Source: Catajapyx aquilonaris
Taxonomy: Eukaryota
NCBI GenBank assembly: GCA_000934665.2
Contig: JYFJ02000590.1
Location: 1-64,000 of the forward strand
Length of the DNA: 64,000 bases
Direction of reading: 5' to 3'
The translations under genes and the position numbers were made by a program. The notes under the pieces were generated by a model. The model was not told the DNA's origin and did no database searches. It saw nothing but the letters and a program-made list of their open reading frames with translations. How positions within the stretch are numbered: the stretch's first letter is position 1; each line of letters opens with the position of its first letter. Shown in pieces: positions 27,136 to 41,500 of the stretch.

Positions 27136-29510
27136 AAACTCTCTGGCTCACACCCGGCGCGTGCTACTCCCGGGTTAGTGTTCCCGAGGGTTGCATCCAG
27201 GAGCGCGTTACATACAAATTTCATCCTGTTGTTATTATCGTCCAAAGATACCTTCATGGCCTGGGGGCGAGTGAGCAACAGGGCACTTGTTTCATCTCAC
27301 TTTATATGCTCCTTCTCCAGTCTACTGATTCCTAAAGTGCTAAAATGTTGCCCCACTAATTTTATGGCATCTGTGGAAAATATAGGAATTAACGACATCT
27401 CTCGGTGGCGTCTGTATGTTACGCCCGTTTAAAAAAAAACCCTGGTCCTGGATGCAGCATTCAGGGTCCATCATCTTGTGCAAGCCGGTGTCATACATGT
27501 TGGTTACAGTCGAAAACGCGGAAATGGGTCACTAATCGATTGCTGTGGGGGTTATCAATAGCGTATTCAATCACCACGGTTTTAGGACCACACGCAAGCG
27601 CACTTTTCACGCCCATTGTTTTCCACGACCGTTTTTCAAAAACGTTGCGCCTACTTTATCAGTTGCTACCACTCGACAGGTTTCCCTTTCCAAAAAAAAG
27701 CTAGGCCCAAAGTTGCGTACTGGCTTTTCAAAAAAAAAATGCAAACAAGGGTTGCCGCAGTAATTGAGCTAAAAAAACACAATCTAGTTTATACCTAGTA
27801 CGGCGTCTCATTATGTTTTACAAGCCTCGTTTTCTCACATTGTGCTGTACGTCACAAAAGGTAAATCCATGACACAAACGCCATACATTGGCTTTTCATG
27901 CGTAGAGCGCGATTGTTACCCGATGTCTGAATAAACCTATTTATGCATGAGAGAATCCACTTGGATATGTTCTTAGCACAATACAGTAAGCTGGCAAAAT
28001 CTACCCCTCTCTCCTTCCACTCCTGCGATACAACGACCACCAGTTATATTCACGGATGCTTTGGCCGAGTTGCCTTGTTTCTGCGGAATAAACTCGTCTC
28101 CTCGTAGCTCCCGTAATAAAAGGATAAGCGTTCGGGCTAGAGATACACTACCTTGTTTGAAAATCTGAGGCTCTCAGGCCTTCTCCACAAAAATAAACCC
28201 GGTTCCGGGGCGCATTACGATTCGACCTGAAGCAAATTCCAGGCCAGTGCAATATATAGCCTGGTCAATACCAGCAGAAAACCTTACCCCTTCCAACCGC
28301 ATCTGCTGTATAGGTGGGGAGGGCTAATATTATAACCAGAGCCATAGGTCTTCGGAGGAATATGGCCCTGAATGGAACTGAAAAGGGGTACTCTGGTCAT
28401 TTCCAAATCCAGCTCTTTTCAAGGCGGCAGTGAAAAGAGGGTGGGTCTAAATTAAGTGGATGTATCACATCTCCCCTCTGAAATGGAGTCCCTTTCATAT
28501 GCTTTAGAGTCAAGTGTCAGCAAAGTTTGCTCGAAAATTATACATGCTAATGTTAATGAGGAGGCGCACTTTGAGTTTATTAACGGTAGGCTGTGTTCAA
28601 TATTTTTACACGGGGGTTTTCCCATCAGCAAATCGGTTTTTAAAAGCCTCTTTTTTGATCGTCGGAACCCCGGAATTCTTTATCGCCTGAGCCAAAGCCG
28701 CGTTCACGCACAGACAGATAACGATCATTAACCTTCCTTGTCCTCAATCTGCTCTTCCAGCGCGCTCTGCCGGCATGGGGACGCCACTTCATCATAAATT
28801 TCCAGTTACGAAGAGTTTATGGGGTTGTGAAAACTTAATGATCACCTTAAAGTCGTCAATCTCCTTGGGAGGTGTGTCAAAAAAAATGAACTTTTCTTTC
28901 CTTCACCGGGTTCGCGACATTTAAAAAAAACTGGGTAGGAGTCATTTTGTCAACCCAGCACTTTCTTTTTTCTTCTTCAACTTTATCAGCGAGTTAATTA
29001 CCTCCACCATCAACACCTATAATCCCATTTTATCCGGCACCAAGGGGGTCAAACTGTGGGATGTAACCGGGGTCCCCTCACATAGGAGGAATTTTGCCGG
29101 CCATTAACATAAAGAATTACGAGCGACGTGACACGGAATAAATCTCTTCCCTTGGCGGAAACTGGGAAGGGAAAGAGCGGAGTCCCAGCTAGCAATTCCC
29201 AGCACATTTCTACCCCCCACCCAACCCTCTCTCTTCCTCCACTTCAAAAAAAAAGAAAAAAAAGAAGGAACGGGGAAGAGAAGAGAAAAAATGGCGAAGG
29301 TTCCTGGATGAAACCAGTCTGCTATGGTCTCATTGGAAATCAGGAGCACGTTTTCTTTCTATACAAGTCAATCTCTACCCGGCCGCACCCCAACCGATCC
29401 AAGGGACAAATCCTGGGGGCATCGAATTTCTTCTCTCAAAGTAATTATGTCGAGGGGCTTAAAACTTTGCTAAACTTGCCGCAAGATTAGATCTTCGACG
29501 CGGATGAAAA

Positions 29511-29536
29511 GAGAGAGAGAGAGAGAGAAAGAGAGA
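29511..29536. repeat. Interrupted (GA)n microsatellite
   Basis: Read directly. Similar GA tracts occur at about 3811-3848, 31599-31616 and 37664-37681. Confidence 0.9.
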
Positions 29537-32500
29537 CTTATCGTGTACGTCACATGGTAGTTGTTTAGTAAGCCGGTAGCCTGTATGGGGAAGATAAATT
29601 ATGAAGAAAATTATACTAGGTATAATATTGTAAAATACACTTGAAACTATTTCATCTTGCAAAAAAAACCCGTAAGTGACAAAAACACTTTGCTCGTAAA
29701 GTTCAGAGTAAATTACGTCCTTTCAGGGGCGACAAAAGTTTCGAAAAAAAATTGTGCAATAGAATTTTGCAAAAAAAAAATGCTCCATAAAATAGTTTTT
29801 ACCAGTTTTGCGTAAGTTATGTGAAATCTCAAGTCGTGATTATTAAACTCTTGCAAAGAGAGCAACCTTTCACTATACTGAATCTGACTGCAGTAATAAA
29901 TAGTGTTCAAAACTAGAAATTGGTGGCACGTCCCTTGCTGAACAATGATAACAGATTCTCAAATAATAACAAAATTGTGCTAATATCTCGATATTTTACA
30001 ATAGAGCCAAACCCTCCATCACTTTTTACGTTTGTGGTTACATCGGGAGAAAACAATTTCCATCGACAAATAATAAATGTGGGTGCCATCACCACACTGT
30101 TGACTCAGCAGTGATAAAATATTTATTCAGAGTCGAGTCCTCTTCAATGCAAAGCCACCCCCTCTCTCTAAACCCTCCCACCTCATTCCCCCACCCACCC
30201 TGAAGCGGAAAATAGTATACGTTGTGGCTCCAGCTATCCGTCATTCATACACAACCTGTTGTCATTTTCCAAAATGGCGAAATGATCACTTTGCCGCTGA
30301 GGTGGCCTAATAGGTTTTGGATGAGGGCAGTGATTATGAAAGGAATCAGGATGGAAATTCTGTCACAGCTTGTTTTCTGTGCGCAATACTGCGTGCACAA
30401 GGAGAAAAAAAACAATATATAAAAATTCCCCTCCTGCGGAATTATTTTGCGATCATGTCTGAGCGATTGCAAATTAATATCCGTTGTTGCGTATACGGCA
30501 CCTACGACTTCCTTAGCAGTCAGTTTGTTCCGGGGGTTAAATAATGGCTCGAGTTCCAATAATTGAAAATCAATAACTTAACGCTTGGAATAACATTGTT
30601 TGCAATATTTGGTGAATATTACGTGCCAGAATGTATGAGAGAAGAGTCGTCTAATTGAATCACCGTGATGCACCATACGTAAATGACCATCCGAGAGTCC
30701 CCGCCGTGTCACGTCAACCCGTATTTTCCGGACCACCAGACGGTGGCGGCGGCGGTTCTGGCGCATCACATTGGGTCTCCTCCTGATTAACTTTTATGAT
30801 AAGACGCCGCTTCCTAGCCTAATCTCCGCCACTTTGCCGTCCCCGGAGTTAATTCGCTTGCCTATCACGGATCATAAGGAAGCCCTCAATTTTCATTTTG
30901 GTAATAAGGCACGCGTCGCACAAGCAATTGCTCGACGCCTCGAGTCCGTCGTGTCGTACCCCAAAACCAGCAAAAAGGGGACTTGGGAGGATGCTCGAGT
31001 GAGCTGACAAGTGATATTTCCAGCCGTCTTAACCGGCTGCAAATGCCACTTGTTGAGGAATCCGACTAACACCAGCAGACATTTCCCCCTCTCAGAATAT
31101 TCCAGGAGGGGGGGGGGGGGAAACATTACATTTCTGGAAATTACAGTGCACACAAGTCCGGATCAGAAATTCATTGTGCGGTTATGCTCCAGAAATTCCA
31201 TTCCCAGTCTGAGATGATTCTCTCCATTGTATTTACAATGTGTATACTGTACAGTCTGGTGTAAAGTTGTTTTTTAAATTCCTGCTTCGGTTTGAATTTT
31301 TTTCCCCATTGCACCCCAACGTTCTCGGTTTCAAACATATGCACCCAAGATGGAGAAATGGAAATTCAAGAGGACAGAATATGCCCTTGCATGCAGTGCC
31401 TGAGGCTGTTCAGATTTAGAAACAGTGAAACCAAAATTCTGTTGAGGTTGCATTCATGAGTGCAAAGCGCGGTTCTAGACGAACTAAGCGCCTACCTGCT
31501 GCCAGCAAAACTGCGGAGAGTTCATTGTAGGACCCCCAAAATATACAATACGCAGCCAAAAACACCGCATACTATAGCTTGTAATTCATTTAGCGAGCGA
31601 GAGAGAGAGAGAGAGATGATACACGGGAGCAATTTTCAGCCGTTTCAATTTGCAATAGGTATTGCAATTGAAATCCAATTAAACACCCTTCATACTTTGA
31701 ATTGTTTTCTGCACTGCAGTCGCACTTATTGATTTTTGAAAAATTTCCTTTTCATAAAAATTTCTAATTACTTCTCCCTTTGATGGAAGCCTGTTAATTG
31801 AAATAAAGCTCACGAATGGAATTTCTAATTTACGAAATTGTTGTAAAAAAATCTGGCAGGGGTTAACGAGATTTTTTCCTGCTGTACTATGAAACAATCA
31901 CTTCATTTCTGAGCAGCACACATGTGATTGCAATAATTGCCTTTTCAGCTAGTTATCTACAGTAAGAAATCCAGCCTGATTAACACAGTCATATTTCAAA
32001 ATATGCTGCAAAATTCAAAAGTTGGATTGTTACTTATTAATGCAAAGTGCAAGGCTTAGGTTCCTTGGCATGTTAACCCGGTGCATTTGTAATAATTCAT
32101 CACAGCAGTGCTGCCAGTGAGTTACACTACATACTGTAGGGAAAAATGAAGGTCATCGTGAGAAAACCTATAAGGTTGATTCGATTCGAATTAAGTAGCA
32201 TTTGGTGAAGAAATAAATTGCCAAATTCAACACTTTCCATTGGAATTTTTACACAATAAAAATTCTGGACTGGCATGCAAAATAGAAGCACTCAAACAAT
32301 GATTACGAGCCAAAAAAATGCTAAAAGTAATTTCTTCTCGTCCATTTATTTTCACACGCATTATTTTGCACACGATGTAAATCCTGATCAGCGCCAGATA
32401 TTAGGCCAATAATAAATGCTGGCCATGTCACGCCTTCACTCAGCATGGCCATTTTTCACGCCAGTCCTGCAACACACCACAAAAATAGCTGGACCTGTGG

Positions 32501-35500
32501 AAAAACTGCAACAAAAGCTCTCTCTCTATCTCCCTCCCACAGTATATATACCTTCAAAACAAACCCCCCTCCCCCCTGGAAAAAGGTCCCAAAATCAATG
32601 CTCCTGTGATAAGTTACCGCTTCTGTCTTGGGAGCCTATATGCGGGGGAAGAAATCTGGGGCCGACGTCAAAATTAATCTCGAACCAACTGCGGAATCGA
32701 CCACATAATTTTCTAAAAGCGACCATGCCTTGTCTTTTTCAGCTTGCTTTTATGTTCCGTTTAGGCCACTCATGTTCACGCTTTTTTCCAATTTTATGGG
32801 CAAAAAAATGCCCTCACTTGACCAACTTTTAAACCTGACCTATCCCCAGAAGTAGCTGCGAAAATTGTGCATGTTTGCGCTCAATTTGCTGCCCACCCAA
32901 ATGCGGGTAATCCTAACTGGCAGGTTTATTAATTGATGTATTCGACTCTAAATTCATAATATGAGCCACCGTTTTTTGCTAAAAATATGCGGTTGTTTAT
33001 CTTTCGCCATATTCAGTGATTTCCTTCAGGCTGAATTCTAATGGGCGTGTCCCCCTGGAACTTGGAAATTCTCTGGATGTCTGTTTAATCCCAGCCTTGC
33101 TTTCAGAGAGGGCTTGGATGTCTCTGTTCCTAGTCATAAAGAAAAGGTGGGGGGTGGTGTATACCCGGGGTAGAATGGCGGGAGATGTCGCCATGTTATG
33201 CAATAAGGATGAAAGCAGCCGAGTCTGAAGTTACACGGGGCGTTGCAAATATCGCTTGCACATCTTTGTTGCAGGAAAGAAAAGCTTTCACGGGGGAGGC
33301 TTTCAGATGTCGACCTGCCAAGCTGATGGTGCATGGTTCATTCATAAACTATGCCATGGTTTGCAAGGTACAACGCCTTACATGCAGCACAGATTTTTCT
33401 TTTTCACTAGAATCCAGAACCAGAAACAAGGACAATAAAACTAATTTTCCAAGAGAAGATAAGACTGGTTGGAGACGATAATATTATGGCAGCCCCGTGC
33501 ATTGAGTTAAAATCAGACAACATTGGCAAGATGGTTGTGCGGCTCCTGAATGCAACTTTAATATTGCTTTATATGAAGGCGGGTGCGTCTTCCCCACAAA
33601 ACTTCAGAATAATTATTTAAGTGGGGCAGAAGAAGTAATTTTGAGCTAGCCCTTGCGCGAATAAATTGCGCTTTCCTTCATGAATTATTATTCGAGACGG
33701 GAATTTCCTTCCCATTATAACACCGTTAAAATACAGGGTGTCCAGTAGCACGCTCGTTCCATAATTAAAAACCGCCAAGTCGGTTCAATAACGGGCCCAA
33801 GGTGAAGTTTGTAACAAGACCAAAAAAAAAAAAGTTTCACGTACACAGTATCAGCGATCAGTATGTCTACAAGAGGGGCTTACATTCTCTCCGGACATTT
33901 CGGATGCAGATGAGGACCATTTCCCCATTTATAGTTCTCACATTGTAGCCGAGTCCTATACAGCTGCCGTCACGAGAGGCAGACTCCCATCTAGAGAGGC
34001 ACTATCTCTCCTTGGGTAATTGGCATTCCCAGCGGCAAGCTACTGACCTATTTAACAGGATGGCAGTGACATATGCAAAAAGTGGCTGAGCCGAAATCAA
34101 AATGCGCAGGTCCAGATGTAGGAAGGAAAAGGCTGAAGGAATAACTGCGATTCTGCACACATTTTTTTTTGCCTGCAAATTTTGTCACCAATTACTTCCA
34201 GTTAAAAAGCAGGACATAAATTTGACCGCGACGACAATGGACACCAGGCGATTGTTATCAGTGACTGACCGACAGTCGTGACGTGCGTCGGCGACATTTC
34301 AAACCGATCGAAATCTTGATTACTTATCGTCCATGTCATCAGAACAAACATAAATGTTGGGGTCCGGGTATCTTCCTGGCAGCCAATTAGTATTCGCAGG
34401 CACATTCCTGCCTTCATTTTAAGGGACACGTGCTACCTGAAACATTCGGGTCTTAACTAAGTGTGATGTGTATTGGAGCGAGGTCCTTAAGTGTGTTCTG
34501 TAATTTGTTCCGCCACCGGAGGAAAGTACACACACACACATAGGAAAGTAAAAAAAAAAAGCGTCCGCACCAAAATTAGATGCGGACTGGGTGTAATTCG
34601 TCAAAGTCGATTATTTACGCCACCGGAAGCTAAGTGATACTTGAAATTCCTTCCGCGTTGGTAATATTACCCTAACGGGGATCCGCAGGTTGCAAATCAA
34701 TCCTTTTTGCACGGGGAAGTCCCCCCCCCCTCTCTGCAGAAAATATCGCTCCAGGGATAGTTTTTTAAGTTTATGACCATCATATTGGTCGAGTCCTTGA
34801 TTTAATTCATTTTGGGGCCAGGTTACAGTATCCGACGCCATTTGTTAAGCCTCAGAGTTGTGACAGTCCAAATGCGTCACACTTCTGGAAAATAAAGGGG
34901 CTGGCAACTTGCTCTCTCTCTGAATAATCAAAATACAGTGTGACAGCTAAGAAAGAAGGAGTTGGAAAAAGGAGGATGGGAAAACGCACTCCTTCTCCCA
35001 TTTCTTGTTAACTCCAAGTCTTGCTCTCCTTTTTTTTACCTCCCCAGTCCACCCTCCCCCACCCCTCTTTTTCCTTCGTCTCAAACCGTCTGAGGCCTTA
35101 GGCCCAGAGACCCGGCTTAGATTCCAATATAATTCAGGCCGTGTCAGATGAAAGCGGCACGTTTCCAACTGATTGAGGGAATTTCACGGCAGATCGGCAA
35201 CGAACTGGTTCTGAATATGAAATTCATGCAAGATGTGCGCCTGGGATTTAATACGAAGGAAGACTGCAGGGGAGAGACCGACCAAGAAGGTCTCCCGATT
35301 CCCTAGGGTGGTGACTATTCATTTTTTTTTTGCAAAGAAAATATGTACCTGCACAGTGCTGGACATTAATGGTGACGTACCGGTGGCACCACGAGCCGAT
35401 GGCGGCAGAAGAGTGAATATGCCCTCAGTGTGACCAACCTTTACTTGATTCATGGGCAAGTGAAGGTGGTAATACGGAGGCAAATTTCTTTTCTCTGTTT

Positions 35501-38500
35501 TCCAGCCCAGTAGAAGCAAATGGGTGTATTAATTGTCAAATTAATTTCCCTATACCAATTAACCACACTGGTGCTTTAAATACCTCTCTAGCCTTGTACC
35601 AAACGAGCAGCCCTGCTAATCCCGTATCCCAGCTCATCCCCAGCCAAACCCCCCCTAGGAAAAGTTTGGGGACAGCTCCCGGGCACAATCCGCACTGACC
35701 GCCGAAGACTCCGACTTTCAAACGGGTCGGGGGGTTATTACATGCAGTTTTTGGCCTGATGACTACACAGCTCCCCCCTACCTTTTTTGGGTCTCTCTCT
35801 CCCGGATGGGTGTGGCAACAAAGTTTTGAAGCCAGGCTGGCGACCATAATGAGGCTTATAAGGCAGAGATAAAAGTGGGTCGGCTGCAGTAATGCTCCAG
35901 CAAACGAAACACTGCAGCCACTGAACAGTTGGAGACTTTTTTTATATACATAAAAACTCTCCTCCGTTTCACTCATCCGCCAATCCCTGCTCTTCTCCAG
36001 TCCTGCTTTCTAGTCAAAGTCTAACAACCCATTGTGGCTTGCACTTGATGCAGGTTACAAACCAGAGGATAAGTATAAAAGCAGGCCCGATTTGTTCGCG
36101 TGATCCCACATGCATTAGAGGGGGTTTGCTTCCTAAAAAAATTTTGTGGATGTAACCCACAGACCTGATATTCTCTCCATCCACTCAGTTACCCATTTTT
36201 TCGACGTCGCTTCGGATTAAGCGGACGGAGTGACACGAACTAACTGACATGTAATATTGGAATGGCCTATGCGCCCGCCACACCTACATATAGCAGATTG
36301 GGATTACAAACCCCTAGGCACTCATCTTTTCCAAGCACACCGGGACAGGAGGATTTTTTTTTTAAAAAAAGGTGGGGGACAAAGCCTGATTAGCGAGCTG
36401 CGCTGGTTTAGTCTGACTCACCCTGTACATAAGGAAAAACCCGCATCAAACCTCAACAGAATCAACACTCTTGGTAGGAGAAAATGGCCGTGAAAAAAGG
36501 CGTCTCTGTGGGGGTTAGAACAAAGCATAGAGAGCCCCATGAGTTAAGCATGGCTGCGGGTTCTTTGCCGTGCAGAAAAAGCTGATGCGAGACTAATGGA
36601 AATCATTCGCGGAAGCTCACGCCAGTTGCACCAGCTACAAAGCCTCATTTCACCCCCCCTCTCTGAAAAATAGTTGGAGGGAAAAAAAACTTTTTGTGGC
36701 AACTCAATTCCCTCGGCGCGTCGACTAAACACAAAACGCAATGTATAGTTGCACACACTCATCATTTAAGATGAATTGTGCAGGCATGTGGTGCCAAACT
36801 ACGCGGTCATCAAATCTGCAACGCACTGGAAACAGTGGGGGATGGAGAGAGATTGAAAAGAGTCGAAAATAAAATGATGAATCGGGATGAATCTATTGGC
36901 GCGTCGAAAATCAGAGCACAAAAGTGTTGGCCAAAACCGACCGATTTCAACAATGAGCAAAAATTGTACAAAAGGACACTTTTTTGGAATCGATTTCCCT
37001 CTATCCCCAATTATAACCTGGAGGAAAAAAATAACCTATCCGACGCACACGTCGACGATATAGTACTATTTTTTTTTGCTCTCAGAACGTTTCTCAACTA
37101 TAGGAAATGGGTTTTGTTTCAAACCACTTTAACCCCGTAACCAAGGGAATCAACTTTGATCGTCTTTATGACAGTGACAAAGTGAAAACAAAATGTAGGT
37201 AGCAAGGAGGCAGTTCTCTAGGGGAAGAAGGCGAAAAAGGACAGAAAATCTGGAGGAGTTTTCCCCGTTTGCCATTAAGAGGAAATTACAGCCTTCTCCC
37301 TCCCATCTTTTCCTTGAGGGGAAGAAAAAATATTTTCGGCAACTTCTTCCTGTCACAAACAGTGATGCGTTTGGAGCCTCAGATTAGATATATACTTTGG
37401 GGCGTGGAAGCCCAAATGATATGATTGGAATCGATACATAACTTTAACATTAATCCCACCTTCCCTAAGAAAAGGAGGAGAGGCAAACACGAATTGCACC
37501 TAAAGCCATCTTCCAACTTGTCAGCCGAAAGTTACCCTGATTTATGAGTTTGTCACCGCCAGTAATGGTTCTTTTCGCAAATACTTGACAAAGAGACTAA
37601 GGTGGCGCTTTTCAAAGGTTTCGAGCATATTAGAGATTGGCGAAAGTACAAGTAGTATAGCTAGAGAGAGAGAGAGAGAGGCTTCCTCCACCCCCCAGCC
37701 CCGTTTGTCTTATTCGAAATCTTCTTTGTACAGCGAAACGTGAACTGGAACTGGTGCGCTAACAAAGTGTAGACCTAAGCCACAAGGGAACAAAGTAGAT
37801 CGCTTTGATGCGGGGCTTGGCAGCAATTCAGTTTGAACAGTAAGCCTAACCGGAAGTGGCATTCAACGTTATCCATCTGTGTAGAGCCACTGCGCATAAA
37901 GTACGCTTCGCAGACCTATTTCATTGCACCGCCTCTCTTTAAGAATCATTTGCATAAATGTGCGTTAACTCAGCTCCAAGTTCGTGTACAATCTACGCCA
38001 GTATCAGTGTACTGTGCTCAAAGTAGAACACTACCGTCAAACGGGGTGAGATCGGGTGAGATTGTGCCAGCGCATTTTTGAACAACTGTGCGCATGTATA
38101 TTATTCATATTAAAACAAAAAAATAATTGTCGAATGTGACATTATTCGTCTTTAACAGCGAAGTGTAAGCATATGCATGTGTAGGATGAAACATGGTTCT
38201 CTGTTGGATCTCATGTCACGCCTTTCAGCGCAGAAGAAAAGGAGGTTTTTCCGAAAAGTTGCCCTCCGGGAATCTCGGGGAAGCAAGCAAAAGCTCGCAA
38301 GGTTTTGTAACCGATGGCTTGATCAGTATCAACATATGCGTCAAGGATAACGGGAGAGCTCTTTGATGTATGACTCCGGCTTTAAACCTCAAATAACGCG
38401 GAAAATTCCGCTTTTTTTGCTGCTAAAGAAAGCCCCGCCTTTTTTCTCTCCGGATATTACTCACTAGATGCTGACTTTCACTGGCCGAGGGTATGCTTCA

Positions 38501-41500
38501 AAGTCACGTATATATTCGGCGAGAATAAACTGTCACCATTTCTTAGAGTGACTTGTATTGCAGCCTCTTTTCAGTATGAGGTGAGACGACAATCCATTTT
38601 TATCACCGGCATCGCGCACACACAGGGGGAAATTTAATCACGCACTTTTATCGTGTTAGAGGCCCACATTCAACACCGCCATGTTGACATAAAGTAACGA
38701 AATTTCCCCAGAAGGGCGTGCTTGAAGTCGTTTTGATAGGAATGACAGAGACTAAGGGGGGCCAAGGAGCGATGAAAGCATTCATAAAGAACATTTCTCT
38801 TCTTTAGGACGACGTTCCCTCACCACTTTCTCGCTACAAATTCTTTTACAAGAGACCGAGAATAAGGGGGGGTGCGGCTGTGATACATTTTGGGCTATTG
38901 GTTACGAAGATTCCATTGCAGGAAACGAATTTATAGGAGCGAGCTAACGTGATAATAAAGGTTATTTCAGCTTGAACGTAATGCAACGCGATCGTGATTA
39001 TTAATTTCGGCAATATTTGCACTTTCATACAGAGTGTGTGCAAAGCTTGAACGTCAATAAAAGCGGCATCATGATTTCTAAAAATGTTGGGCTAGAACGT
39101 GTTGGTGTAGAGAAAAGTGGGGGTGGCCGACCGCTTAATATTTTATTCATCCAAGTGCAAGAATATTCGCTTAAAAATACTGCCGGATTGCACTTGTGCA
39201 AAGTTGTGTTGAAAGAGTGCGAACTTCAGCAATGTTTTAAAAAAAGCACGTGTTAAGATGTGTTTCTGTCTTGCATCTCTTCAGCGAGAAACTACTAGTT
39301 AGGATATAATAGGGAATAATAGTCTACCTTATAGCACTCTGCATTGCAGGCTGCACCAAAATGGCGCAAAACTATCGCACATACACAAATTAGTTACTGA
39401 AACCAGAAAAGAGGAACAGATTGGCAGGAAAACACCATTATTTATGGCAGTTGACACGCTACTCCACATGTCCAAGGTGCTAATGCAGTTGCAGTATATC
39501 CAATTTACCGCTAACATGATTTTTGGACGTTACAATGCGACAATGCGGAGTGATTTAATTAATATTTCCCCAAAAAAGGGCCATTACATACTGTGGGGCC
39601 TAACAGCTTTATCTTATGAGATTCAGCTCAGTGAATCGATACACTTCACTGCGGTATGGTCACTGCGGTTGGCACTAACTAATGTCCTGCCGCACAACTC
39701 GTCACTATTTCCCAATGTTAACACTTTTCCCGAATTTCACAAAAGGACAAACGGGCATAATCGTTAAAATGTATGACAGAGACAGGGTCATGCAGTACAG
39801 TTTAGACCAGTGCACTGTACGTCGCATGAATATTACACGCAGAATTTTACCAGTGTCGCATAAGTACAAGGCTGTACATGGGGCATATATTGACACCTTC
39901 ATTACTCACCTGCTAGGATGTGCAGCATAACACAAATTAATTTTTTAACTCCAGACTACTGGTCTGCATGTAATATATGCACGCCAACGGGGCCCAAACC
40001 TAGCATGGGCTACCAGGCTCAAGTGTTATTATGTCGAACAGTCTGCTGAACATCCTCTACAAGTCGGAATAACAAAGTGCACCCAGGAGGATCCTCCTCC
40101 CAAACGCCTTTTTTTTCCAGAGGCCTAGTAGCTAGGACCTCGGCCAAAAAATCTTGGAAGCAGGAGGAAAAAAGCCTGCTGGCACACCTTCTTTAATCGC
40201 ACGGCTCGAACGCGATTCCAGGGTTCAGCTTTTCTCCAGGAATGGATGGCATTTTGTGCACATCGCATCTCTGGAATGCAAGGTGAAGAAGAGAGAGGAA
40301 AAAAAGAAACACGAAAATTGCTTCGGATATGGTTCGGCAGCCTTGCAGTAATGTGGCTGTTACATGCATTATATAAAAAAATAATGTTGGAATCTATTGT
40401 AAAAATCAGGTGGAAAAAATCCGCTTTCTGAGACGTTGCCAAATTCTTCTCCTTTTATGGCCGCAGTTTTGATTACCATCTCGGCCTGATTTCCTACTCT
40501 GGTCGCGACGAACGAGCTGAACGTTCGTTTGTCGCCCTGTCGTTTATCTCCTGTCCTTTCATATTAAGTCCCGCCCCTCGTAATTCCAACACTGTGTTTC
40601 TGGCGTGTGACCTACAGCTTGAAAGGTCAGGCACGAAAATAAAATAAAGATGATCCACGGCTAGGGCAAAGCTGCGTCAAAACTTTGGGACTCGCCTTCC
40701 AGAATGATAATTACGCTTGGGGACAAAATTTTCCGAGATGTCTTCCCGGAATAAACCTTGTAGACTGTCGGTGGGAAATACGTCGATGTCGTTTACACAA
40801 CCAGCCCCGTTACACTGACATCAATCGATGAGGCATGCTGAGAATTTATAGGTTGTTTACAGAATTGCTTCTGTATGGAGAATACTATTTTTCAGGTGGT
40901 GGAGAGTTTAAACGATTTCTGAACACTAGGAATATGTGCGGTTGAGTTGAACTTCGGGTTGAAGAAAAGCCCTGTTTGGGGATCACTCAAAGCCAGGCTT
41001 CACTTCAAAAGCTAGAATCGCTCTCTGGGATCCTTTCGCTTATGAAAAGGGGTATAGGGGCAGTTGGGGAGAGAAAATCCAGTCTCTGGAAGACTCCTGG
41101 TCCAGCCTGCTCCATTTCTCACGACCTACACTATCTCTTTATAGATTTCTGACCGACGTCATTTGCTCCTTTGCGGTGCCAAGAGATCCTCTTTAGCGCC
41201 TAGGCGCTTCATTCCTTGTCAAAAGGAGCCCTCCCCTGAGGGATTTCGACTTGTATTCTCAGAGCTTAGCGAGATTACGTCGTAACCTGGACTGTCATTA
41301 CGATTAGTTTCAGCTGGGGTAAGGAGGGGAGGATGGGGAGGCGTATTTGACGGAGAGCCAATTTTATCCAACACACTGCTGCTGGGGCTCGCCTGCTACA
41401 AGTTATTGGAATGTTTTCTTCCAGACTGCAGTTCGGACAATCTAATAATGGAGAGATTTCGGATCGTTTCCGGCAGTCTACGGTTGTATAGGCTAAGGTT

